A stretch of 63,658 nucleotides of DNA, the filler included, from Octopus bimaculoides (lineage: Eukaryota): assembly GCF_001194135.2 (NCBI RefSeq). It is 6 parts of 6 records of this genome, joined end to end, with 100 filler letters (N's around TTAATTAATTAA, not from the genome) between each part and the next. Parts side by side here need not be neighbours in the genome. Positions count along the whole stretch, not along the records: positions 31,243 to 44,769 come from NC_068983.1; positions 44,870 to 54,105 come from NC_068990.1; 4 more parts are not named here. One strand, given 5' to 3'. A program made the translations under genes and the position numbers. Below, piece after piece: positions 37,341-49,300 of this stretch; the stretch's first letter is position 1, and the number at the start of each line of letters is the position of its first letter. A model generated the notes under the pieces. The model was not told the DNA's origin, did no database searches, and saw only the letters and a list, made by a program, of their open reading frames with translations.

Positions 37341-38330
37341 GATTGCTTCTCGGTGCTGGGGCGCCGCCCATCCAACTGGACGCCGGCCATCCAACTGGAC
37401 GCCGCCCATCCAACTTATTCGTGCACGATTGCAATGCGCTGGTCGACTGATTCAATTTTTATATATTCACTTTGTCTGTAGCTGGAAACTCGAATTTGCT
37501 CTCTATACACTGTCATTCCTTTTCTTAAGGTTATTCCTTTTTCACTTATAAAATTGTCTTCACATCATGAACAAATCATTTATTAAATTTAGTTTCCAAA
37601 TTGGCAGTTAAAGAATTCTTTATTTTGAAGCATTGTTCTTGTTTAAAATGGAATTCTGGACCTTCGGACAAGTTATGAGAAATCCCACCATTGGTCACAT
37701 ACTTCTCAACTGTTGATTTTGTTGTTGCTGAATATAATTCAGCACCAAGTAAAACCGAGATCGACTTTACATTTCATCGTTTCGGGATTGATAAAATAAG
37801 TACCAGTTGAATATTGGTGTCGATGTAATTGACTTACCGCCCCTCCCCCTCGCGAAATTGCTGGCCTTGTGCCAAAATTTGAAACCAATATTATCTTGAT
37901 TTTTTTTAATACTTGCTTCGATCATTAGATTGCGGCCATGCTGGAGCACAGCCTTGAACAATTTGTTTTAATCGAATGAATCGACCCCAGTACTTATTTT
38001 TTCGTTAAGACTCATATTAATTCTATCGGTTTCTTTTACCGAACTGCTAAGGTACGGGCGGCGTAAACACCAACGCCAGTTATCAAGTGGTGATGGGAGA
38101 CAACCCTCCCCCCCACACACACACACAACGGGCTTCTTTCAGTGTCCGTCTACTAAATCCACTCAGAAGGCTTTGGTTAGCCTGAGGCTACAAATTTTCT
38201 ATAACATTTAATTCAAAGAATACATTAAGATTTTGTTTTAAATATACATCAAATGGCTATGGAGATTCAGGAGAGTAAAATAGGAACCAAAGGGGTCCAT
38301 TGAGGGTTGAGAATCACTGCTTCTTTAGAT

Positions 38331-39543
38331 CAGGGGTCGCCAAACTTTTTCAACCATCGACCCCCTTTAGCCACTTCTCCTTCTGCATCAATCCCCTTTA
38401 GTCACTTCTCCTTTAACATCAATCCCCTTTAGCCACTTTTCCGGTATCGACCCCATTTAGCCACTTCTCCTTCCGCATCGGCCCTCTTTAGCCACTTCTC
38501 CTTCTGCATCGACCCCTTTTAGTCACATCTCCTTCTGTATCGGCCCTCTTTATCCTCTTTCTCCTTCTGCAACGACCCCCCCCCCCTTAGCCACTTCTTT
38601 TTCCGCATCGACCCCCTTCAGCCCCTTGTCTTTCCGCATCGGCCTCCTTTAGCCACTTCTCCTTCCGCATCAACGGCCCTCCTCATATAAAATATATTTA
38701 TACTCTAACCCTACCGTACCATATCTTAAATGCATACCGGGTACTGATGNNNNNNNNNNCGGCCTCCTTTAGACACTTTACCTTCAGCATCGGCCCTCTT
38801 TAGCCACTTCTCTTTCCGGATCGACCCCCTTCAGCCCCTTGTCTTTCCGCATCGGCCTCCTTTAGCCACTTCTCCTTCCGCATCAACGGCCCTCCTCATA
38901 TAAAATATATTTATACTCTAACCCTACCGTACCATATCTTAAATGCATACCGGGTACTGATGCTGGCAATTAAAACGTTAGCTAAAATATACATGTGCAA
39001 CAAACTAAGAAATTCTATTGAAGATGTCACACATTTTACATTTGAAACTACTTGTACAGGTATACAGCATTAAACTTTCAATTTTTATGAAATTGTTTTC
39101 ACGATTAGAAAATGTGAAAAACGCATCATATTGCTGGAATATCTTTTATTGAAACTGACAACATCAATGTAAGGGATGGGTATGAGGATCCTGAAACAAG
39201 GCATTGATAACAGGCTGAATGTTGGTCAGTTTCAGTCTCAAATCATCTCGTTCCTCCAGGTTCAGGCAATTTCTATAAGCAAACACACGACAGTTCGCAT
39301 CCCCTCAATCACACCTCACACTCTTCGATAACGATACAGATTGCGACATCAGGCCTTGAACGTTAGCAACAGCAGACTTCTCGCTGCAGAGAAAATTTAT
39401 CATGATTTCTCACTTTTCTAAGTATTCCAAGCAGTTCATCTGGGTGAGCTGGTCTTTCGCGTGCCGACCCCCATTCGACCCCTTTAATTTCTCGCCGACC
39501 TCTAGGGGGGGGGGTCCGTGGGACCCCCCTTTGGTGACCCCTG
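38331..39543 (-). mobile_element. Non-autonomous hAT (Buster/Charlie-like) element with subterminal minisatellite
   Basis: TIRs caggggtcgccaaa and tttggtgacccctg; 8-bp TSD ctttagat/gtttagat. The minus strand reads RNCLNLEERDDLRLKLTNIQPVINALFQDPHTHPLH* at 39164-39274, and ~30-bp repeats ttagccacttctccttccgcatcg.ccc occupy 38360-38680. Confidence 0.88.
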
Positions 39544-40604
39544 GTTTAGATAGTCTTAGTTGGCCACGTTTGGGAATCAAGTTGGAAAGCGTAAAAGCGA
39601 GCGGTTGCTTCTGGTCGAACCTTATGGAGGACGTGCCTGCCCACTTTACCTCTATGAATCTCCCTAGAAGAGTAAACGGGAAAAATGGATGGCTGGACGG
39701 ACGGTTGGATGGAAGATTGCAGTAAATAGTGACACTCTAACAACTATGGCATTTACGTCACCATATTTAACCCCAGGTTCAGCCTGATCAAGCAAACATT
39801 CCAACAAATATCATTCTGTACTTTTAGTGATATCTACGGATAGCTGCATAATCTTACAGCCAAGTTTCTTATATAAGACACTTGGATGAAAGTAGGAGGA
39901 GATTTGGCTGTTATTTCTAGCGAATCGAGCGATAACGTAGAAGGTCTATCGTTGACTCGAGGGTGGGGGTGATGTCGACACAAGTGACAAGGGTAATGGG
40001 TGGTGTGGCGTCGCTGGCGGAGGCAGATTCGGTGGTGGCGGCATCGGTGGTAACAGTATCGGCGGCGGTGGCGATGGTGATAGCGACAGCAGCAGCGGTG
40101 GCGGTGTTGCGAAGTTTACGATGGCAGGGGTTATGGGAAGTAGTGACAGTGAAAGCAGCAGCAGCAGTGGAGGTTGTCGTAGTGGCGGTGGCAGCAACGG
40201 TGATGGCGACAACGGCAGTGGTGGTGCTTTGGTGGTGCTCACATCTCCAATGTACTGTCAAGCAATAAGAAAAGTCATTAACAGGTTGAGCGCATCGCAA
40301 CTGGCGCCAGGAAATTTTCGTCCGTTTGCCATTACTGGTCTTGGAAAGGCACCGTCAGCACCGCCAGGTTACAGCGAAGCAAAATAGTGGTGGAGGAAGA
40401 AACAGACACAAAGATACACAAACACACACACACACATACTACGAGCTTTTTTTCAGTTTCCGTATACAAAATCTAATCTCCAGACTTTGATCAGCCCAAG
40501 GCTATAGGAGAAGACACTTGCTCACGGTGTAACGCAGTGGGACTGAACCCAGAAACATGCGGTTGACAAGCAAGCATCTTACCACAGCCACGCCGGCGCC
40601 CATA

Positions 40605-40638
<34 letters not shown>

Positions 40639-40648
40639 TATGGGCGCC

Positions 40649-40772
40649 CTCCCTGCATCCTCCACACACCCACATACACCCACCCGAACATTCCCACCTC
40701 TCCCCTCACCAACATTCTTTCCAGCCCTTCCCCTTGCACCTCTCCTCGCCCCTTCCCCCGCCACCCTACTCC
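40649..40772 (+). mobile_element. Second copy of the C-rich segment that precedes the Penelope ORF at 37108-37146
   Basis: ccacctctcccctcaccaacattc...cgccccttcccc.gccaccctactcc is shared over ~80 bp and runs into a gap. Confidence 0.7.
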
Positions 40773-41683
40773 NNNNNNNNNNNNNNNNNNNNNNNNNNNN
40801 NNNNNNNNNNNNNNNNNNNNNNNNNNNNNNNNNNNNNNNNNNNNNNNNNNNNNNNNNNNNNNNNNNNNNNNNNNNNNNNNNNNNNNNNNNNNNNNNNNNN
40901 NNNNNNNNNNNNNNNNNNNNNNNNNNNNNNNNNNNNNNNNNNNNNNNNNNNNNNNNNNNNNNNNNNNNNNNNNNNNNNNNNNNNNNNNNNNNNNNNNNNN
41001 NNNNNNNNNNNNNNNNNNNNNNNNNNNNNNNNNNNNNNNNNNNNNNNNNNNNNNNNNNNNNNNNNNNNNNNNNNNNNNNNNNNNNNNNNNNNNNNNNNNN
41101 NNNNNNNNNNNNNNNNNNNNNNNNNNNNNNNNNNNNNNNNNNNNNNNNNNNNNNNNNNNNNNNNNNNNNNNNNNNNNNNNNNNNNNNNNNNNNNNNNNNN
41201 NNNNNNNNNNNNNNNNNNNNNNNNNNNNNNNNNNNNNNNNNNNNNNNNNNNNNNNNNNNNNNNNNNNNNNNNNNNNNNNNNNNNNNNNNNNNNNNNNNNN
41301 NNNNNNNNNNNNNNNNNNNNNNNNNNNNNNNNNNNNNNNNNNNNNNNNNNNNNNNNNNNNNNNNNNNNNNNNNNNNNNNNNNNNNNNNNNNNNNNNNNNN
41401 NNNNNNNNNNNNNNNNNNNNNNNNNNNNNNNNNNNNNNNNNNNNNNNNNNNNNNNNNNNNNNNNNNNNNNNNNNNNNNNNNNNNNNNNNNNNNNNNNNNN
41501 NNNNNNNNNNNNNNNNNTATATATATATATATATATATATATCGTGAAGTATATTTGCCACCTAATTGTGGCAAATCCTTAAGGGTTGATGCTACTGTAG
41601 CTTGTAACCCCTGCGGCTACTGTTTATACCTTGCTCAGAGATTTATTATTATTATTATTTATAATTATTATTATTATTATATA

Positions 41684-42165
41684 GGCGCAGGAGTGAAATA
41701 TTTAATCGATACACCTACTTCACCCCTTTTATGTCTGTCTGTCCTTGTTCGTCCCCTCTTTGTAATGTCTTTATGGCAAATATTTATGAAATGAAGTAGC
41801 TTGCTTACCGACTATATGGTTCCGGATTCAATCCCACTGCGTGGCACTTTGGCCAAGTGTCTTCTACTATTGTCTCAGGCCGACCAAAGCCTTGTGAGTA
41901 GATTTGGTATACGGAAACTGAAAGAAGCCCGTCGAATATATGCATATATATATATGTGTGTGTGTTTGTGTGTCTGTGTTTGTTCCCCCAGCATCGCTTG
42001 CCAATCGATGCTGGTTTGTTTACGTCCCCGTAACATAGCGGTTCGGCAAAACAGAACGATATAATAAGTACTAGGCTTACAAAGAATAGGTCCTGGGGTC
42101 GATTTGAACGACTAAAGGCGGTGCTCCAGAATGGCCGACTGAAACAAGTAAATGAGTAAAAGAGT
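41684..42165 (+). mobile_element. Family-2 SINE, full length, head interrupted by a ~95-bp insert; further copies at 48870-49255(+), 40400-40595(-), 37900-38190(-), 15135-15300(-), 25470-25620(+), 56140-56300(+)
   Basis: ggcgcaggagtg...gtagcttgcttacc...ggcactttggccaagtgtcttctactat...ggaaactgaaagaagcccgtcg...gactgaaacaagtaaa. Confidence 0.85.
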
Positions 42166-42664
42166 ATATATATTCAATTTTGGGGGATTAATCGATATGC
42201 GGATATTCAATTTCAGATAATACAAAAATAACCTAATGAGTATATCTGACAGTAAACTCATGGTATCAGTTTGCACATCACGAAATAATACTTAAAGGAT
42301 ATAACCAAAATTACCAGCTAGGTATATAATAAAAATCTTATTCTGATGTTTAATCTTATATCTCACATTCTGTATTTGACATATACTTGATTTTACATGA
42401 TTGATATATATACTAATTCATATTTATAATGTATAATTTATAAATTTTAATTCTTAATATTACAAAGCATAATTTTTTTCTCTAACTTTATGCAAAATGG
42501 TGTGAGAACCATCTGCCGGTATGTCTCAACCTTTCATACCACGAAAAATATACATACATACATGCATACATACATACATACATACATACATACATACATG
42601 CATGCATGTATGCACGCACGCATAAACACACATACACATGCACACACACAGAGACACACACATA

Positions 42665-42914
42665 AATAAAGTTAATCGTCACATCAAAGTGGCTGTTCCC
42701 AGCCACTTTGATGTAGCGATTATCTTTATCTTTCAGTATAACTACTCTCTTATCTTGAGATTTTAAATNNNNNNNNNNNNNNNNNNNNNNNNNNNNNNNN
42801 NNNNNNNNNNNNNNNNNNNNNNNNNNNNNNNNNNNNNNNNNNNNNNNNNNNNNNNNNNNNNNNNNNNNTTTCATTATTCTCTTTAACCCGGGCAAATCCG
42901 GGTATTTCTGCTAG
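42665..42914 (+). mobile_element. Non-autonomous Helitron-type element (middle in a gap)
   Basis: 3' hairpin cccgg-gcaaat-ccggg (42887-42902), then tatttctgCTAG|T at 42911-42915. A perfect 15-bp hairpin lies at 42681-42714. Confidence 0.7.
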
Positions 42915-44121
42915 TATAAACTAAACTTGACATAAATTCTCGTGTAATTTTCTTATCGTTTGACCAACTTTCGCCATGTAATTTCATGTAATGTCAGAAA
43001 ACTTCGATTAAAAAATTTTTCAAGTCGTTCCTTTCTACACTAAATTCCAGTTTGTATTTGAATGGTTGTTTGATTTCTAATGTTGATTTGATTAAACATT
43101 CTTACTATAGCAAAGACGTCAATAGCCACTCCATTTGGATTGTTCTGTCCAAAATAACAGAGAGCCTTTCATATTGTTTCCATCCTGTTAGTATGTAAGT
43201 ATGTGTTTTAAACTTGCGATTATACTGGCTTTGATTTTATTTCTTCGTTTCTTTTCATTGATCTTGCACAGCGGTCATTAACATGACCGTTATGGGTGCA
43301 TATCGATTTAGATGTTAAACTTTATGTGCACTAAATCGGTTGTACTTCTACAATACACAAATTATTTTACCACTTTTTAAATGCAATTCCTAATAATATT
43401 TAGTTATAAAAATATAATAAGGTTTTTGAAAAACTTCAAATGGCTATGGGGATCCAGTAGAATGAAACGGGAATTAAAAGGATCCACGTCTGGAGATTGC
43501 AGTCTAACGTCACACCACATACAATCAATTGGAAAATAGCTGAAAAACCCGCACCATATGTCAACAGGTCAAAAAATGAAAGCTCTGCTTAGCTGAAAGA
43601 TCACATATCTAAGAACTCCACCGCACTGATAAATTCCAAACCTGAATTACAGATCTGAACTTTTCACCGGACGTAAACACAGGGATAGTTCCTGTGGGCG
43701 ATTTGGAAAGCACCACCTGATTCACCAGCTGCACCGCAAACTCTAGAAACCTATCCAGTCAGCCTTTTCATGACTTTATGGTCAAAGGGGACATAACTTC
43801 CTATTTCCTTTTTCCTTTTTCTTTTTTCCTTTTTCTTTCGTTTTCCGGTGTTTTCAACCTTCCACTTTTTACATCTACTTTCTTCTCGCCTTTTCTTGTA
43901 TTTTCTCCTATTCTATCGTCCTGTTTTAGCTTGTTATGCCATGTGAACGTAGCGCGAGGATTGCGTGAAGTCACCACAGTGTTATAAAATGTTCTCTGAA
44001 ATCTTTTCATTGCTTGAAACTATTAGTAGCTCATAAAAATATATCCCATGTTTATTGAACAATATTTATCTCTCACCAGATGAAGTACTTTTGTTGATCT
44101 TACGTTCATGGAGCAGTATAA

Positions 44122-44152
<31 letters not shown>

Positions 44153-44716
44153 TGTATGTATGTATGTATGTATGTATGTATGTATATGCTCTTTGTATTC
44201 ATATACAACACATGTAGCTACAGGCTTACTATCATGCTGATACTAACTACTATTGTTGTTGCCAGCTGGTTATTCAAATATTAGTAGGCTAGTAATAGTG
44301 TTGGAGTTAGTTGTATTGGTTGGTGATAGTGATGATGGTGATGCTGGTGGGTATTGTTGGTAGTGGCATTGATTATATTGTTCTAGGTAATTGCATTTTC
44401 CTTGCTGTTTAGTTTCGAATCAATCTTCACTGACCTATGATCGAAGGCATTTCATTTACCTTTTAAAATGAACTAAGGTACCATATAATCTCATGACGTT
44501 GACTCTTATTTTAGATGGGAATGCTTATCTTGTTGATATTATTGTTGCTGCTTCGGCTGGTCATTAATGAACTGGTGGCATAGTAATGGTGGTGGTTGCA
44601 TTAATGATGTTAATAGATTGTGATGATGGTAAAAGTTGGTTTATATAATACGTATGTATATATGTGTGTGTGTCCGTGTTTGTGTATGTATGTATGTATG
44701 TATGTATGTATGTATG

Positions 44717-44769
<53 letters not shown>

Positions 44770-44891
44770 NNNNNNNNNNNNNNNNNNNNNNNNNNNNNNN
44801 NNNNNNNNNNNNNTTAATTAATTAANNNNNNNNNNNNNNNNNNNNNNNNNNNNNNNNNNNNNNNNNNNNTGTGTGTGTATAGCTAGCTAGC

Positions 44892-44925
<34 letters not shown>

Positions 44926-46394
44926 TATTTATATATAAATATTTATATATACACACACACACGCGACAGGCCTTTTGCATATACTGTCTACCAAATCCTG
45001 TCATAAGGCTTTAGTCAACCCGGGACTGTAGTTGAAGTACCTTGCCTAAGATGTTACTCAGTACACTGAACCTGAATCAACGTAATATGGAAGCAAATAT
45101 TTACACCTGGAACACACCTGGAATTTAAAATAAGAATATTTTGGTCTTTTACTTCATGACAGAGCGAATCCCATCTGTACGTTTTGCAGCGTGGTGCATC
45201 TATGCAGTTTTATAGAAAGGAGTGTGCCTCATCGAACAGCAAGTCGCGTAGACAATGTATTTGAATGAATATCGCGTAACAGTCAGCCATCGAATTTCTC
45301 TCAATGTGTAGATCTGATCGACAACGGCACCGGAATATCTTTTAACCGAATCTGATTTACTGCGGTTTCCATGGGCTTGTGCCTTTTGAAACCATGTCTG
45401 TCATTGGACCAAGTTTCTTCGCAATTGTGTCACAGAACCATTTTGTTCTTTTTTTTTTTTGTTCCTTTTTTGTCTTTTGAACCTCAAACAAATACTTCTC
45501 GTCCAATTAATCGGAACTGCGGTGCATCTGTTTCTCTCTTCGTCCTCCATTTTATCTTAGTATGGCAGTAACAATATTTCCTTCTCATTTTGACAAAAGG
45601 TCGGAAATGTCTTAAGAGGAAAGGAAAGTCGATTATATCAGCCGGATTATTCAACTTTTACTTATATTATCGATTCCAAAAGGATGAAAGATAAAGACAG
45701 GGTCAACCTCGGCGGTATTGAACTCAGAACGTAGAGCCAGAAGAAATACTGCAAATCATTTTATCCGGTATGCTAGCGAATCTGCCGGCTCGCTGCATTA
45801 TGACGTTAAGAATAATGACATCATCGTTTGTGGCTGCCGTTTGTGTAGAAAATTGATTGTCCTTTCTTGAATTCCCTAATTGAAAATTTGTACAAAGCGT
45901 TGTGCTTCACCACTTGAATCGAGAGGGAAAACAGATGACGTCAAATGTTTAAATGGCCATATGACTGCAAAATAATTTAAATTTAGATTTTTTCTCTTAA
46001 ACTGGGGTTCATTTTCGAATTATAATTGTTTCAACCTGTCCTTGAAAGGTGAAAATTTTACAGAATATTGTCACCGTTAGGTTAGTAATTGGTGATGTTA
46101 ACAATGCAACGGAACTGAAATTTCAAGAATGAATTAATGACAAGTTAAATCCTCTCCGAAAATAGTCCGTCGTAATCGATATGTATTCGATGACATGTCC
46201 AGATGTATTTTGGTCACTCATAATATTATTTCACAAGTGTATAAAGGTACACAAACTAAAGATAGATACACGGGGCATAATTTTACAATCGTATCTATCC
46301 AGAATTGTCTCTTTCGACAAGTTACATTTTGTATGATTCATCTGTTGTATTCTAGTTTCAGTGATTTCATTTGGATCGAGTGACACATTTATGG

Positions 46395-49300
46395 CAAGCT
46401 GGTAGAATCGTTAGCACGTCAGCAACAATGTTTAGCTGTCTTTACGTTCTGAGTTCAAATTCCGCCGAGGTCATATTTACCTTTCATCGTATCAGGAGCG
46501 ATAAAATAAGCACCAATTGAATACTGGGTTCCATGTGACCGACTTCCTCTTCCCTATATTGCTGGCTTTGTGCTAAAATTAGAAACGTAGTACCAGTTGA
46601 ATACTGGGGTGCTTGTAATCGACTTAACCTCCCTCCTCTTCCCACAAAATTACTAGCCTTGAGCCAACATTTGAAATCAATATTACTGCAGCTGAAGACG
46701 GCCAGCTGGCAGAAACGTTAGCACGCCGGGCGAAATGCTTAGCGGCATTTCGTCTGTCTTTACGTTCTAAGTTCAAATTCCACCGAAGTCGACTTTGCTT
46801 TCCATTTTTAGGGTATCGACAAAATAACCGCCAGTTTATCACTTTGGTCCGGTGAAATCGACTCATCCCCTCTTTCCCGAAATTCGAAGCCAATATTCTT
46901 TATCAAGTACATCAGCAAGTGATAGATACATCGGACATGGTTTTACTATCGTATCTATCTGGGATTGTATATTTTGACCAATCACACTTTCAATGACTCA
47001 TTTGCTGTATTCAGGTTTCAATGACTTCAATATGGTAGAGTGAAACATTTTCTATTTTGTATTATTTTCAGAATAATAATGCTAGGAAAATTTAACAAAA
47101 AACATTACTTAATTCCCATGATAATTGCATCACGTTGCATCCATTATTCACTTAGATGTTCGTCTTCAATATTAATTTTCCAGCCGACCATTATCGATGA
47201 ATTGTTTAATTCAAATAATATCGATATCAGGTTTTATGAGTGATTGAATTTCGTTAGTACTGCCATCAGCAATTTAATGTATGTCGAATCCAGATTTTTA
47301 AAACTTTCGTCAAAATTATAATCGAGTCTCATCGGCAGTGTTCAAAATGCTTCCGCACTTTCCTGTTGCTTTGAAATTTTATATGGTACAGTATATTGGA
47401 CAAATATACAATACATTAGATGACACCAGAATACAGTACAGTAAACGGCACCACAACTACGTATATCTAAAGGAGCAGCTACGAGCTCCGGTTCTCTTCA
47501 TTCTATCGTTAAACTAAAGCAAGAAGATAAAACACTTGTTATTTGTATTGCGTTGAGTCAAATGTTTTGCAATATTTTGGTAATTTATTAGCTTTATTTG
47601 CTAAGTCACAACAAAAGCAGCCTAATATTCAAAGTAGAGGCCGTTGTGTTGCATTGTCTGAAGCCGCCTTTCTATCAGTTCTCAGTTCTTTGATCCTACG
47701 TTGATACCAGTTTTTGTCCTTCGAGGCAATGAAAACTCTTTCACTGAAGCTTCCACTTTCTCTCGGTTGATGAAGCATCGCGAGCGCAAGAAGTGGTTCA
47801 TGGATCAGGACAAGTAATAATTCGAGGTAGCTAGGGCCGGCTGTATGCTGGGTCTAGCATCGGTTCGATTCCCCCAAGTTCCTGGAGTATATTCCGGGTC
47901 GTTCGAGCGGTAAGAAGTCTTCCGTTGTGTTGCTGCAGAAGTGCTTTTGTTGAGATCATGAAGGTGACGAACTACAAGGGATTGCGAGATGTCGAGTTCA
48001 CTTGATACTCTCCCAGTGCTACTCGCCGGATTTGCCTTTATGGCGTGGAGCACAGCCTGAAAGTCCACGGTTTTATGCCTGCCTGACCTTGTCTGATCGT
48101 CGAGTTTCTTGCAAGCCGAGCAAAATTCCTTGAACCATCTGGTTACTGTACTACGATCAGCAGTACCTTCACCTTTCGCACGACAAAGGTTTTTCGTTAC
48201 TTCCACGGCGTTTATGACCNNNNNNNNNNNNNNNNNNNNNNNNNNNNNNNNNNNNNNNNNNNNNNNNNNNNNNNNNNNNNNNNNNNNNNNNNNNNNNNNN
48301 NNNNNNNNNNNNNNNNNNNNNNNNNNNNNNNNNNNNNNNNNNNNNNNNNNNNNNNNNNNNNNNNNNNNNNNNNNNNNNNNNNNNNNNNNNNNNNNNNNNN
48401 NNNNNNNCAAATGTTGCAAGTGTTTTCGCTCGCTTCAATAAACTAAGTGTTAAAACGGTCAGCTGGCAATATCGTTTGCTCTTCGGATTAAAAAGAGTGA
48501 TTAACGGGATTCCTCTCTGCTCTTTACGTTCTGAGTCCAAATTTCGCCGAGGTTGACGCTGCCTTTCATCCCTTCTGGGGAGTGGGGTATAATCGACTAA
48601 TCCCCATCCTAAAATCTCTGGCACTATGCCAAAACTTAACAAAGACGGTGAACAGATAGAATCTTTGGTGCGTCGGACAAAAATATTTAACAGCATTTTT
48701 TCCTTCTCTTTGTTCGTAGTTCAACTACTACCGAGATCAACTTTGCATTTCATCCTCACTGGGTCGATAAATAAAGTATCAAACGAGAACTGGAGTCGAT
48801 GAAATCAACAAAACCCCACCCCTTAATATTGCTGGCCTTGTACCCAAATCGGAAACAATCTTAAATTAAGAGTGGCTGTGTGGTAAGTAACTTGCTCACC
48901 AACCATATGGTTCCGGGTTCAGTCCCACTGCGTAGCAGCTTGGGCAAGTGTCTCCTACTATAGGCTCGGGCCGGCCAAAGCCTTGTGAGACGATTTGGTA
49001 GACGGTAACTGAAAGAATCCCGTCGTATATGTGAGTGTGTATGTATGTGTGTGTGCTTGTGTCTGTGTTTGTCTCCCCCCTCCACCATCGCTTGACAACC
49101 TATGTTGGTGTGATTACAACCACGTAACATAGTGGTTCGGCAAAAGAGACCAATAGAATCAGTAATATGCTTACTGATTATAAGTGCTGGGATCAACTTG
49201 TTTGACTAAAGGCGGTGCTCCAGCATGGCCGCAGTCAAATGACTGAAACAAATAAAAAAAATAATAAAAGAATACCATAAATCAATATATATCATATATC

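Noticed and set aside
38360-38680. Regular ~30-bp repeats as a CRISPR array
   Set aside because: No unique spacers, degenerate units, a eukaryotic context, and located inside a hAT element.
38590-38965. Near-identical ~170-bp duplication across a 10-N gap (similar cases at 7085-7200 and 33839/34579)
   Set aside because: Most likely unmerged contig overlaps or haplotypes rather than real tandem duplications.
39917-40300. Thr/Ala-, Pro- and Val-rich overlapping ORFs with a plausible acceptor
   Set aside because: A degenerate GC-rich triplet repeat that is open in several frames on both strands, with no domain or downstream donor.
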